Source: Tubiluchus corallicola
Lineage: Eukaryota > Animalia > Priapulida
DNA: 64,000 bases
Reading direction: 5' to 3'
Assembly: GCA_030141605.1 (NCBI GenBank)
Contig: JAQGDQ010000933.1
Location: 1-64,000 of the forward strand
The notes under the pieces are model-generated. The model was not told the DNA's origin and did no database searches. It saw only the letters and a program-made list of their open reading frames with translations. Below, piece after piece: positions 25,308-39,300 of this stretch. Numbering within the stretch: the stretch's first letter is position 1; every line of letters begins with the position of its first letter. A program made the position numbers and the translations under genes.

Positions 25308-28300
25308 ATGGACGCCGATAAGAGAAAAATATCAAAAAACAACTATTTACTATTAAGTTTTGCCACTGTTTTATTTATATGCATTTTATATTCTATAAGC
25401 AGTACAGAAAACCTTGTAAACTCAAGAGCACCTCGCGTTTATAGGAAAAAATATTTTTCACATTTCATCGAAAGAAAAGACATTATATTATTCGTAGGTA
25501 TTATGAGTGCCCCTGTTCGAAGAGACAGACGTGACGTCATTCGCGCATCGTGGAAAAAGTGGTGTGACGTTTTTGATGATGTCATCTGCTTATTTTTTAC
25601 AGATGGACAGGACAGGTTTGGTAACAAACTAAATAAATCATTGTTAGAACCTTTGATGTATGAAAAGAAATTAAACAATGACACAATTTTGACAGAATCA
25701 CCTAGTGGAATGAATTTTGGGAGGCGTTTGCTTTGGATGATGAGTTGGGCTTTACAAAGATATCATTTCAAGTACTTTCTACGATTAGATGATGATACAT
25801 TTTTGTGTCTGAAGAAATTAAGAGCTGTATTAGCTATTTTTCCCTACACCAGGATCAACTGGGGAGCTTTGCATTGCAAGGGTTTGTATAAATTACTCTT
25901 ATTCAGTTGGCCAGTATCCATGGAAGCAATAATCACATAAAAGATTTGATTTTCTAGAAATTAAGCACCTGATAAATGAAAACGATTGAGCAATCTTCTA
26001 TCACGTATGATAGCATTTTTAAATCAAGATCAATAGCTTGTGGTATGCCTTACATCTAGTGCAAGATTTTTTCAAAGTTAACAAAACTCAGCAAACAAAA
26101 CATTACTTACTTAGCAATAGGATATCACATTCGTACATTGTAATGAGATGCACTATAGACGATTTGAAACGCTTTCAAGCGGCGTTTTATTGTTTAGTGT
26201 TTTTAATTAGTAATAGTAGCGGTTATAATAGGCTAGTAGAAGTAGCCAATTTGTGGGACTTAATTACAAGGCAATTGTTTTCTTTGTTTTAATGAGTAGA
26301 TTATGTAGCATACTGATTGAATTTTTAGGTCTTTGAGCTCTTGAAAAGGTGCAAGTTTGTGCATGGCAAGGGTGATTCTACACAATGCTGTATGTACGAT
26401 TTGATAACTGACTTTGTTAGCATTATGTTGTGCAACATTGTGATAATCTTACAACCATCAGGGTTCATTACACTGAAAATGGTCCGTCTCTGAATTGCCC
26501 AAAAATGTATTTATTGCTTTTCACAAGCTGTTTTTTCTTCGTGCTATAAGTTTTCTCAAGCAATTTTTCAATCTAAGCTTGTTAATGCTGTTGCTAGGAA
26601 AAACAGTAACCATGGCAACAAATTTATGAGACTAACAGATTATATTATCAGCGATACATAGCAAGGAAGACAGGTGGCATTAGGTGCTTTTAAAAAGGTC
26701 AGTAAAGACATTGTTGCAAACGCTAGCGCTGTGTGGGGCGGTCCTAAGATTTAACTGCCCTAAAAGACTTTCTAGTGATTGTGGGAATCTTTCTGTTACA
26801 TAACATCCTAATACAGAATTTTAGTAGCGAGTATTTGCTGACTTAGTCCAAACATTAGAAGAAAATGGTTTTGTATTTTCTGTTAGTAACTGGTTCACAT
26901 AATAACTTTATCTAAATTAGGCTGAAATTTAATTACTGCATATGGACTACTTCAATAAAATTAAAAATGCGTTTTCGGTTAGTTAGTGATGCACCCTGGA
27001 GGGTGGGTCAGCGACAATTTTTCAAATAGGTGAAAGCATTTTAAATAATTAATAATATTCGTTTCTAAGTCCTACAAGCAGGTAAGCGAAAAGCCAAGTA
27101 ATATAATTTTGCATGGAAAGTTTTTTGGGAAATAGTTTAATATGTACTTTTCTTCCCCTGATTTTCGCAAAACTTTTCTTCTACTGATTAACGTTTGCGT
27201 AAGTGACGTCATGTAATGGCGCCATCTGAACAGTGTCACGGGAAGTTGAAAATGAAAACAAATAAAAAATCCTTTTAAACGAGTTTGATATATGCATAAA
27301 TTGCTATAAAGTGATATAATTTCTTATAGCGATTTTTCTGAAACCCTCTTTTGGTTCCCCTCTTCTTATCCTTCGAAGAATGTTGCAATAAGTTTACTTC
27401 AAGCTATATAAATGTAGTGGCAAGCCAGTGAAAGGGTGGCTACATCACAAGGGGGCACATAATTTCATTAGCCCCATATTAACCCGTCCCTGAGAGAAAC
27501 CTATAAGGCTCTGCAGAAAATGCAATTTCGAAACAGGACCACTTTTCTGCATTTCGAAAAAAAACTAAGTTGCATGTAAACGGAGAACAGCATAAGCAAA
27601 AATAAGCGTTTGCAAGTTCTGATTTTTCCACGTGCAAGTTGAATACAAACACTATGGGTCTGTGTTAGAAGACCGAGTCACGAAGCTATTTCTTCTTGCT
27701 TCTAGCTAGTCTACCTGACTATGTCACTAGTTAAATTGCGATGTTGCATCAGAAGAGTTTAAAGCAAAACCGGGCACAATCTTAACCTGTTGGTCAAAAC
27801 AATCTACTTTTTAAAATATGGAAAGGAAACATTCCGGAATGCCTTAGTGAAAGAATTTTTATCTCAAAAACGGAATTTCGAGTTCGAGCCATTAGTTCTT
27901 CGCTGTTAGTTACATTTACCTGCATTTCGGAAATACCTTGTAAAACATTTGCTGTGCCTCTCAGTTCAGATGTGTTAGTTTCTGACGTACTACACACTTT
28001 CGACAGCTCATGCGTGAGCACAGCAGTAAATTTGAAATTTTAATTATCTTAAAACTTTAAAACTTGGAGAGTTTTATTACAACATTCTGAATCTTTTGCA
28101 GTAGTACTGTACTTCCATATTCGCTTTTGCAAATATATGCAGCACGCTCATGGAATATTTTTGCTGTTGAAAATTATGTTAGTTGACGATGTCATCAATA
28201 TTTTTGCTCCCCTGCCTTTAATTAAGATTTTAGTCTATTATTTAATTATCAGCAACGCTTTTCCAGTATTACTGGTATTAAAATATATACGTTTTAGAGT

Positions 28301-29119
28301 ACTTGAACATGGGCCAGTGTATGGAAAGCCATCTTGACTTCTTTTAAGTTAAAGCTAACAAATGACTATCTCACGTAGAATTCATAGAACAAGGTGATTT
28401 GACCGTAGCACATGCCATTATGGACGAGTAGGTTAAAGTTTCGCAGGCCAAACTTAGCTGTTGGCAACTTGTAGGTTACTGGTCATCCTTAATGCATGAG
28501 AAATAGATCTCCTACGTCACCTAACTTAAACTCCTCTCTGAACAGCAATATTAAATATATATTATTGAAGTAATAAGATTAACAATAAAGCAAATACACT
28601 TACAGGTCTTTACAAAGGTACCTCTATTTATTGCAATTCTTATGAAAATGTACAGAATCCTAATTACACTTCTTTGCAGGTGTCAAAAGGATCGATGAGT
28701 TCTTTTTCTTGGTGTCGGGAGACATTGTGCAAGAAATTATCTACACATTAAAACCTGAAAATCTACAATGTTCTACACATGGTGGCATATCAGCTGCACT
28801 GTGGCTGCACAAATTGGATAATATTACTTATTTAGCAGATAGGAGAGTGCATTTGGGATTTAGCAAATATTTGAAAAATCCCAGCGTTACAACTTGTGAC
28901 GAAGTTATAGTTATGCATCACTCCTATCCAAAACTAGCAAAGAAATTGTGGGGCGTGGTAAATGCATCTCGTCAACTTCCTGAAAAAGATATTGACTTTT
29001 CTCACAAGTGTTCAGGTAGAGAAAATAATTTCACTATACAACAACCAGACAATCCACCCGTTAACATCTACCATTTCCAAATTCTAACTGTAGTGTGGTA
29101 CTTATTGTATCCCTTTTGA
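25308..29119 (+). CDS. GT31 beta-1,3-galactosyltransferase (B3GALT6-like); exons 25308-25881 and 28680-29119, 337 aa
   Basis: Type II signal anchor, LFVGIMSAP..RRDVIRASW, YFLRLDDDTFL (DxD) and HHSYP motifs; phase-1 GT-AG intron joins HCKG-VKRIDEFF in frame. Confidence 0.85.
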
Positions 29120-29880
29120 TCCATCCTATCTCTGCCATGCGCCCATTCCATGATCCCATTCACGAATAGCTGATTGCTAATTGTTCCATAGTTATTTTTC
29201 TATAAGCAGCTGACATCTGCCTCCTTATTTTAGTTGTTTAATTCCAATTCTGCTAGATTCTCAAATGACATGCTACTATCGCGTTTTTTTCCTGTTTGTA
29301 GTTAAAAATGACTTAGACTTATTTGTTTATAAGTTTTTTAAATCTTGCAAATGGAAGTTCCTATTGTTTTTGCTCTTATTGTGCCAAAAGCTTATATGTT
29401 CATATATTCAAGTCTCTTCAAAAGAGTCAGTGAAATGAACAGGTTATCAAAATATAATTTGTAATGAAGTTGACGGAGTTCAACAAATAAATCCACAACT
29501 GTTAAACCGCCCATACCAAGATGAGCATCATATTATGTCTGAGCAACTGACTAGTAACATTCGCACTGTATCAAGTATTCTAAAATCTTAGAACCGAATC
29601 CTGTTGATTTGCCATGCAACTGTTTAGCAGAATTTCAACCATAACTAGATTGATGCTTTCGTCGACATTACTTGCTTGCCCCACTAGCCAGTGCATTAAG
29701 AATTGTCTATTCAACACAGAGAAGTGCTTTATAGCTATAGGCATTCTGCTCACAGCATCTAATGTCAAATTATGTGAACGTACCATTGAATTTCTTCAAT
29801 CAATATGCATTGTCGTAAGTAGATTGTAACCAGAAATTAATAAAATAACCAGTTCAAGTTTTACTTTGTCTCGCTTTGGG
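29050..29880 (-). mobile_element. Old, heavily decayed piggyBac transposase of a different family from copies 1 and 2
   Basis: LISGYN, NVDES, NSAKQLHGKSTGFG, LGMGGLTVVDL, LYFDNLFISL, FGTIRA and DRMDQ...KY..TVRIWKW in the correct order, with stops. Confidence 0.8.
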
Positions 29881-30829
29881 TTATAGTTACTGTTAATTTG
29901 ACAGACCTGGTATTTAGTGAAGCACAGAAGGATATTCTGGCATTGCGGCTCAAATTTGTGTTTGGACTTTTGTGCTTCCCTGTTTTGGAGTTTTTTCGAA
30001 TATTAGACATGGCATTTTTATTTTTTATTTCTATTTATTCATTAACATTTATACATATATTAAAAGTAAGAAACAGCAGGTGTAAGAGGACTTGCACTGA
30101 TTGCTTCTTGTATAAACTGCCGTAAATAAAAATGTAGTTTACTGTGCTACCTTCTTATAAAAAATCTCCAACAATATAATTGAGTAGCTTGTATCGTTTA
30201 ATCTGAAAACAAATAAAATAATTTTATATAATTTTGCTCAATTTTACTGCGAAATCTAAACCAAATTGATCTAATTAACTTTAACAAAGTTTTACGCAAA
30301 TTATAAAATCTAATCTTTAGTCTTTTTAATAAACAAAGGTTCAAGATGTAAGAAATTAAGAAATCAACTTACATGGTGATCTTCTGTAAGTGTAATTATT
30401 AAATTATAACCACAAATCAATGACTGACGCTAAACAATTTGTCACTGCAGTGTGTGAACGCCTGAGTTACTCCAATCTACAGGTAAGTGCACAGGTAAGA
30501 GTCTGGTCACATGACCTGTTTATAAGGAAACCAGTTTATAACAGAAAAACAAAACAAACCCATGTCCTGTTGCTGCAAAGTATGAAAACGCCCTATGCTG
30601 GTGTGAGAGATGTACGAAAAAGTACATGAGAATACATGTAGGAAAAATGAGTGAATACGAAAGAGATTGCATGAGAATAAAGTAGCGGTATATAGCAATA
30701 GATTTGTTTGTGCTGTTACGCATGCATATGCTGACGTATTAATTTGGAAATTGCGAGATCATGCACAGGCGAAGACGTTGTTAGGAAAGATGGAAAAGGC
30801 TGCTTCCTGCATGACGGAATATTTATTGC

Positions 30830-31575
30830 TTTTCTTAGAAACCTTTCATTTGATATGCTACAAGCTAGTTCTGCTCGACACAGGAAGGCATTTGTCTCTC
30901 AACCCCTATTTCAACTCCTCAACTCCTCAATTTCAACTCCTCCTCTCCCTAGCGGGCTCGCGGACCAGCCATTCTCATTTTAACGTATGCATTCGATATG
31001 CCTTCATCGAGACCTTTCGTTTGATATACAACAAGGTACCATTGCTCAACACTCTAGTGGACTTTAGTTTCAGACCCACATTTTTTTGTTTTTGCCCCTT
31101 AACGGAAATTTTTCCTATATGCACTCGCACCATATATTATGATGTGCAAGGCCATGACTCCACTTAGCAACACACCAAATATTATGGTCCTAGCTCAAAA
31201 ACTGTTGAAGTAGATGGATCCTAAAAAAATAAATGAAGGCCCATGGAACTCGGATCACACGTATACATATATAACTTTGCCTAGAGAGCTTACTCTGTGA
31301 GTTCTGTGTCCCTGGCACTCAGCGTGTAAAAAGTCACAATATTGGGACTCTTCAAATTTGGGAACCCAAGGAGTAGTTGAATCATGAAGGAAAAACTGAC
31401 CAACCTTACGAGTTTAGTGACCGTAGCTTGCAAGACTTTCGAGATTTTAAGCGTTATAGTGACGGAGCATAAATAATAATAAATAAATAAATAATAACTG
31501 TGTGAAAAACAGTAACAGCTATGACAAAGTTAGAATACAACCTCGTGAGCCTACACGCGTTTCATGTAGCTACTG
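30830..31575. repeat. Probable non-autonomous DNA-element patchwork (MITE/Helentron-like) with (AAAT)n
   Basis: Motif gagacctttc.tttgatat at ~30840 and ~31010 also occurs inverted at ~712-733; short microsatellite at ~31470. Confidence 0.35.
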
Positions 31576-31956
31576 CGTAATTGTCTAATGGACATTAGCT
31601 CAATGGATAATAATTTTACACCGTATAAAATAATTAGCCTATTACCTAATAGTCAGTACAAAATAAATAAAAAACAAGTCTTTTAATTTTCAAATTTTCT
31701 ATTTTATAATTGTAATTACGACAATAAATTTTACTGTAAATGGTCACTGAAAGTACTTTGCTTGAAAGTTTGCTTCATAAAATGAATTATATTTGTTATT
31801 AAATTTTATTATATTTTTTCACCATTTCACGTTTTTGAAGATAAAAAAATCCATTCCGAGATTTGCAACAACACTGTCTTGGTCAAGCAGAGTAGAAACT
31901 TTCAAAACCTTGCCTAGACTCAGAAAGACTTAAATTGAAAGATTAGAAAAGCCTAC

Positions 31957-32498
31957 CTAATTTGCCAATCTCTTCAGGTCGCCCTAATCCGGCCTGTCCA
32001 ATGTACAAAGGTTTACTGCCATTAAGCGATCGCAGTAATTGCTCAAGTTTTTCAATATTAACGAAAGTGTCATCGTCAGCCTTCGTAAAACATTCAAATT
32101 CGTTAAGAAAATTGTCATGCATAAATTTCAGCATCAAAAAGGTTTTCTTGACAGCTGGATATTTGTCGTCATTTACGCCAAACAGAGGTGTTACAGGAAT
32201 ATTGGTCACTTTTGGTTTTTCAGCTCCAACGAAAAATTGTATTTCACCAGGCACTTTATTACCCCATGACTGATAGACATTCACTGCTCGTGTTTCTAAA
32301 AAATCGCGTTTGGATAGGACACCAACATATAAAAGTTTTTTTGATACTCGTTTGTTCCATACATTTTTTCGCTGACTGAAATACATATGTTTCGTGTAGT
32401 TCAGACATTGAAAATGAATTTGTAACAACTGAAACAAAAAAACCACAATAAAACCCAAAGAAAAATAAACATGCTGCTTTAAAAATTGACGGTTGCAT
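31957..32498 (-). pseudogene. Chondroitin sulfate synthase (CHSY1-like) first exon with a +1 frameshift in an A7 run (~32340); downstream exons not found
   Basis: Signal anchor MQPSIFKAACLFFFGFYCGFFV, then LLYVGV..FLETRA..VYQSWG..VPG, YPAVKKTFLMLKFMHD, KADDDTFV and PLYIGQAGLG; splice donor G|GTAGGC at 31956. Confidence 0.85.
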
Positions 32499-33343
32499 TT
32501 TAGAAACTTCTCTTATTATCCATCCGTGCTTCACCAGTCAAGGTTTAGCGGCACGGCACTCCGTATTTAATTTTCTTTGTAAACAGTTAGTTCAAGCTGA
32601 TATTTCATTTTTAACATTATGCAAATAAACTATTCATAAATTGTTCAAACTGCATATTAAGAATGCACCAAGCTCACAGCTATAAAATGATAATTAGCTA
32701 TAGAACGAGGCACAGGAAAATAGCGTTGTAAACCGCACATAAAACCTTCTGCTTACATGGCTTTTAAATTTCTGGTCCAACGTAACTCTGCATTCTTGCT
32801 TTAGAACTTTACTTTTAGAACTACAGAACAATTAATGCATTTAACCTGCGACACTATAACATTCTTTTAGGAATGTAATGGGTATTAAATTGACTGTATT
32901 GTGTAAATACAAGTTAAGACTACACATTAGATGTTTCGGGTAAATTCCGGAGAAAATTCCAAATATAGTGCGAAGTAAAACTAATAAAAACGTTTGCTTA
33001 ATTTTTGACTACAGCACTTTAACTGGTTTGGTTTGATTTGTGTTTTTCTTTACAATTTTAGACATTTTAGTTTTATAGACATCGTGTGGCTTAAAGAGCA
33101 AAATATATGGACACCTGGCAAAGATAACTTCCGTGTATTGTGATATGAGATTTCTTACCGTGTCTGAGGGCTTTTCACATCAGTAACTTACCCGTGTTTT
33201 AAGTTTTTTCCTCGGACACAGAATAGAAAAATCGGAAGCCTCCTGCGTGTAGCAAAACTGAGTCATTTGTTATGTGTTATAAAGTGCTGTTGTAACATTT
33301 TTGGGTATTTATTTCAGACAGGACAAGCCGGTTAAGGACAACA

Positions 33344-36300
33344 ATGTCGCACAAACAACGGAAGTCAAGCCATCATTCAATTCTTGTGTTCATGACTACC
33401 ATATGTACCATTATTGGAGTAATATGCGGCCCACATATTATGAGACACTTTTCTTATTGCAGTAGGCAAGTAAAATTGCCTGTCGATACTCGTTATATGC
33501 AATTTGCAAAAAAGGAGTTGCTTTTTGTTTGTGTAATAGGTTCTATTACTGATAAGACTAAAACTGCTGTAAAAGAAACATGGGGAAATTTTGCTGGCGG
33601 GACGGTCAAATTTTTTGGAGAAATGTTTTTTACAAGTTTGCAAGAAAATATTACAAATTCGGCCAAACATCATTTATTACTGACATTGTATTATACAGCA
33701 ACTCATCATGGTTCTGATTTTGAATGGTTTATGTTCGAAACCGATGATGTTTATATTCGCGTGGACGAACTGGAAAAAATTATCAGGTCTATTGATAGCA
33801 GACTTATGGTACTTATTGAAAGTGGTTCTTATAATGTTACATTTCTAGATACAGGTAAAATTTTTTTGCTAATTAAATCGTTCGACAATTAATTCATGAT
33901 TAATATAAAACAATTTTTATTACAGATGCCTGTCAGAAACAGACTGGTTTCGACCACCTGCTTTTTTAAACTTGATTTCAGGTACACAAAAATTAAGGAA
34001 ACTAATTTTTGCCATAAACCAGCAGAATGCTGCATAAAATGACCTCGGTTATTCATTCTGAAAGTCATGAAACTATGCTCAGTGCTAGTGGTTCAAGACA
34101 GTCGACTAGCTATTTCTAGTAGTAGGCTTTTTACGTGATTTAATTGCCCTGTAATTGCCCATTTAATATCTATTGTTATGCTAATTAGTCTATTGTTTTT
34201 TAGGACTAATTAGTGCTAATTAGGGACCCTGCCCTGTTGGGTTAGGTACCTGCCCGGGGCTTAGGGACACCCAACCCACCCCTCTGCAACCGGCAATGAG
34301 AGAATTTTTTTTCTGGGACTCTGCCGATGCGCCTGTTCCGACAGTGAAATCTCCATGACTATTTCTCTAGCCGTATCTATACTATTTCTCTTCGGTACCA
34401 AACCCTCGTCAATCAGCAAAATCTTTTTTTTGTAATGGTCAACGAGGGAAATTTTTTTGGGGGACTCTGTCGAGGCGACAGTGAATTCTTCACGACCACT
34501 TCTCTTCTCTGTGACGGCGCCAACAGTGAATTCTCCACGACCACTTTTTTCTCGTGTCGTCAAACCCCCGTGTTTGTTGATAAATGAAAATTTAATTACT
34601 GTCTGTTTTTTTAAATGACATTTAATTATTGTCTGGTTTTATTTCAAACGCTTTTCGATAAATGCATTTTCGCAAATGTTTTTTATTCATAGCTTACAAA
34701 ATTTTTTTTTACATTTTTTTGCAAAATACATACATACATTTTGACGTCGTAAATTACATGAATTACTAAAACTAGATTAATGATGTCGCTATGGCAGAGT
34801 ACATAGTTATTATCGTGATACAGGCAAACGTTATTACTGTTAAACATAAATTCGTTAAATTTGAGAAAAATAAAATTATTATGCTTCTAGTGTGAAAAAT
34901 ATTCAGAGTAATTTGTTCTTCGCATTTACAAGTTAGTTTGGGAAAGAGCTCCACTTCGTAAAACACTTCTCTAAAAAAATGTGCCGATGGACGAACGAGT
35001 TCTTCATACAACGCATCCAGATTCAATCTGCAGTGAATTTTGGCTCTGGAGGTGATGGTGCAAACTGCGATCTCGACGGCCATCATCAGTCCGTGTCATT
35101 TCGAGAGTTCTTCGACCGCATTCCGTAGTTCTTTTTCCCGGGAAAAACCGTTAGTCACCAAGGAGCCGGAGGCAAAAATCAACAGTGTGCTGCAAAGTCG
35201 CTTTAGCAAAAACATTTGTGGTTTCCAATCGTAGCGTCTTCCGCCCGGTCTCCGCTGGAGTAATTTCAGATTAAGGCGCTGCGAGATTGAAATTGTGGCG
35301 ACAATATTCACCGTTTGGATTGACACGTTAGAACATAGTTGGCAATTGTTTCAGATGCTCAAAACGCTCTGCCTCGCCCGGTGCTCTGCCAACGTATGGA
35401 GGGTGGCAGGCGCTCGCTTTCCAGATCCTCTACGTGTACAACTATGCAATTTTTGGGAAGATGTATTTTCGGGAAGAGGAAAATCTCCGCTCCCTTGACG
35501 TAGGTGATCCTGCCTCTGGTGGTCTGTCGTAGAATTTTCTTCAATTCCTCATACTCGAGCATTCCTTTCTCCCACAAGATGCGCCATGTATGTGCCAGGT
35601 TAGGTAGTTGTAGGTGGATCGCTTGTACGGGGGAACGCGATTCCAGGGGTGGGGCGGTTTGAAGCTGTAGTTGTGATATATACCGGTCTCTAATTCGCGA
35701 ATTACCAAATTTTTGACCTGGTATTCTTCTTTTCCACACTGGAAGGCATCTATGGTGATAACTATGCTCGATTCAGACATCTGTGACGATGGGGGTTCCT
35801 TCTACGCCGTCGACAACGAGTTTTCCTTCGATGACGATTTGCTTGTGATTGTTCACAAATTCCAGAGAATTGATTTTTTCGAAGGTGTATTTTTTATGAC
35901 CTTGTTGGGGGCACTCTTGCGTGCGTTGGCGCGCTTGCCGCCCCGCGTCCCCTGTTGTTGTTGCTTGCGAGGAACAGTGGTTAGAGGTTGTTTGAAATCC
36001 TGCAGTGGTTGTTTATAATCCTGCAAGAGAATAAGAAGAACAATAGTTATAGTAGTGTTGTTCACTATCGACGTTGAGTTACATTACGTGCCATTCTTTC
36101 AGAATTTTCCTTGCTTTTTGGGGGGCAGAGGGCGCAGTGGGGGTGACAACATTCGAGCATTCAAAACAGTAGAAAAAATAATGAAGATTTACTCACCTGG
36201 TTGTGTTCATCTAAGGATGAAAGCGATGTCGACAAATCATGTGTCAGAGGAAACACCATAGTATCATTTTCCATCATAATCATTTAGTGATGTTTTCTTC

Positions 36301-39300
36301 ACTGACTAGAGAGAGATGTGCTCGCGTGCTATCTTTGTGCTGCCCAAGACAGTTGTGACAGCTGTGCAGGAATTACAGGTCTACATGAAATGATTCTATT
36401 AAAGAGTTACCTAAATAGAGTTGGAAGACTATTTCTGGCAAATAGACAAATAGCCCATTGAAGGGCATTTAAGCAGAATGTAAAATACTCGTATTATGAC
36501 ATACAGATTGCTCATTCATACATGACAATTGTGGGTTCACTCATTTATCTACTGACCGGGGCTGGTTCACGTAACCAAGGGTTATCGTAAAAACAGACAC
36601 GTGCCTTGAGATACCCTTTTTGGCACTTTTCTCGACATTCGAGCTGAACATACAAACAAAAGAAGGAATTCATCTAATTCATCAAGGAAATTCATCTAAT
36701 TTCTAACTACGTGTAAGCTATGTTCAGTATAAACTACAACACCAAAATTTTAATAGTTTGTAAATACTTTTACCCTAAATTTGTTTCCGGCTTTTATCCT
36801 TTTGATCTCGCAGAATGCCAGTGTTTGTCATGTAAATTTAATGTAAAATTTGTAGCGTACAAGTTGAATGTGTATTTAACTGTTTATCACCGGATGAGTG
36901 CCACCATCCTTGCACTCCTCTCTGGGACTTTTAAATTTTGTTGTTTACTACTTTAGAAAACAATATTGTCTGAAAAAATGCAGAATGTTACAAGTGGCTT
37001 TGGCAGCATTAACAATATCTCACAGTAACGAAATTACAGCAAGTGTCTGGGGGAAAAACTAACTTGGAACAAAAAATGAATCAAAATTACCAAATTTGCA
37101 AAGCAACGCAGAAAGATGCAGATACAAACGTGAAAACGCAAAATAACGTTAGTGTGCGAAATTTGGGATGCTTGGGAAAAACTTATCTTCATCAGTAATC
37201 AACGGACTTCAATAAAAGTAGCGCACGCCACACAAAATGGGTCTATGCATCACAACGACCAATTTTGTAATTAAGATGCTAGTTAGAATTTTTTTGCAAT
37301 TCAAAAATGTTGTTGGGTGAAAACTCATCAAGTCCCTTTTGAGTTTGTTTTGTCTCACATGTTCCAGGAATGGAATCACTATTTTCCAAATGTTTAGAAA
37401 AACATTGCAAAAGTTGTTGGCAAGATGAGATTTAGCAGATTAGTGACGAGGTCTATTTATGGAGCCGATCATGTAGTTTTACAGTAACATTACGTTATGT
37501 AATGGGCAGTACAATAGATTTGACGAAAGCAGAAATTATTGTAACAAGAACATCGCGTTGGTCAATTGTCAAATCCAACCTTGTTGGTTAAAAAAACTCG
37601 ATGTTACAAATAGTTTAGTGATCAGTTAACTCTTACATAAAGTTTGTGCTGTAGATTTAGTGCATATTAAACTACGCATAAAAAATGCTTTGTGCTGAAT
37701 CGCCAATTATATATTTGACATCCGCAACTGTTTTTTCTGAATGCCTGTGGATAACGAAGATCGTGCCAAGACGGCAATGATGCAACCTAGGTGTGTTGTC
37801 GAATATTGCTCCTGCGACGCTAAAATTATGTTATTTTTTAGATGTGTTATTTTCATCGCTATGTTCAAAATTTTGTGAAAATAGCTGAACCCCTGTCAGA
37901 ATTAATAAAGAAAAGTGCTCTATATAACTAGTCCAGCTTAAAACGAAAATTGTCAGAAAACGAAGTTAGCCGTCAAATTTGGGAATTCGTGCACGCTAGC
38001 TTACCATAGCTGCGAATAAAAAAAGAAAAATATATCTAAGCCCCAGTCCCAACCAACAGATAACACGTCAGTGAAACGAATAACCTGCAGTCAAACTCAC
38101 TGCAGTTATAGTAGACCTATATTTTCTGTTGTTGATAAAGCAGCTTGAATGTAGCTTATGTTACAATTAGACAAGTATCACAATTTTTCGCAAAATTCGC
38201 ATGGCACAGGAATTCGCTAATATACACAATTTTACAAAACTGCGCCCAGCTTATGCGCATCAGTCCAGCGTAATATCTCGGCACAGTAGAAGAAAATGTA
38301 ACTGTGTAAGCAACGCTCTCTAAAACTGTATATCGTGCGATCTTAGCATTAGAAAGAGAATTAATGTTATTTTCTTTTTTTACTGATGATAGGTGATCTA
38401 CAAGAAAGCATCTGCTGTATAATACAACCTGGCTTGATTGTGAGTTACACCTTTCTTTTGTTTTGTCGGTCAAGTTTGGAACGCTGTTTGCTAACTTTTG
38501 GTTCTGCACTGCCTTCTCAGATGCAAGAGAACTCTCATGTAGGTATAAGTTTTATCACAAATATATTTTGTCTAATTTTACACAAAACTTACTTTGGGGA
38601 AGAAGACAAGTTTCTAACTCCACTGCTAATATAATTATATCGTGGGGGGGGCAAGTTTTTGTCAGTCAAGTATTCAGAAAGACACCTGTTGTTATTTTAT
38701 GCAGCCAAAGGTGCCTTTTGTTCTAGCACCAGAATCAAACATCTGAACCATGTTTTTATGGCTTTAAAGTTTAGCCTTCAGAGGGCCTAAATAAATTTGC
38801 AAGTGTCTAGTAGATTTGGCAGCATTTAAGTAGCAGACTACCACAGACAGGTAACTGACAGTGATAAACCTGTTAATTCTCTGGAAACTCGCCTTTTTTT
38901 GATTGCTGATAACTTTGCAACAACTTATTGCTTAGTATTCCGTGTAAGGAGACTACAAGTTTTACTGGCTACATGCATGCCTCCCTCAGATTTCGATCTC
39001 TCTCTCTTCCCCCCCCCCCCACACACAAAACAGATAAATTAGTCCTTTTTCGTTACAGAGCTAAATCGATATGTGTTTCAGCTATATGAAGATGCGATGC
39101 TGCAGGAGTTATTGAAGAACAACTCTCCCTACGTATACCATCAAATCGTAGCAGACAAAAAAGAAATATTTCTTAAGCATAGAAAACATCGTTCGAGGTT
39201 GGAGCCAGAACAGCACTTATATCTCAGCCATATGCAAATAAACGAGTTGAGAGTAAAAGAATTATTCCACAAGAGCCGACAGTTAATTTGTGAGTCACGT

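Larger units (their letters stand above)
34118..36300 (-). mobile_element. Polinton/Maverick- or DNA-virus-like fragment inside CHSY-like intron 1 (boundaries approximate)
   Basis: GC-richer island of tightly packed, intronless, co-oriented ORFs (overlap ATGTCTGA at ~35773-35780); AGTAGTAG at 34118 resembles a Polinton terminus. Confidence 0.6.

Noticed and set aside
25940-31950. Downstream exons of the minus-strand CHSY (expected CMGGPG and HEDVE motifs)
   Set aside because: Not found by eye; the MGG-like match at ~29515 belongs to the decayed piggyBac
34261-34563. 100-aa ORF in the Polinton-like insert
   Set aside because: Built partly from a short direct repeat near the presumed terminus; no recognisable domain
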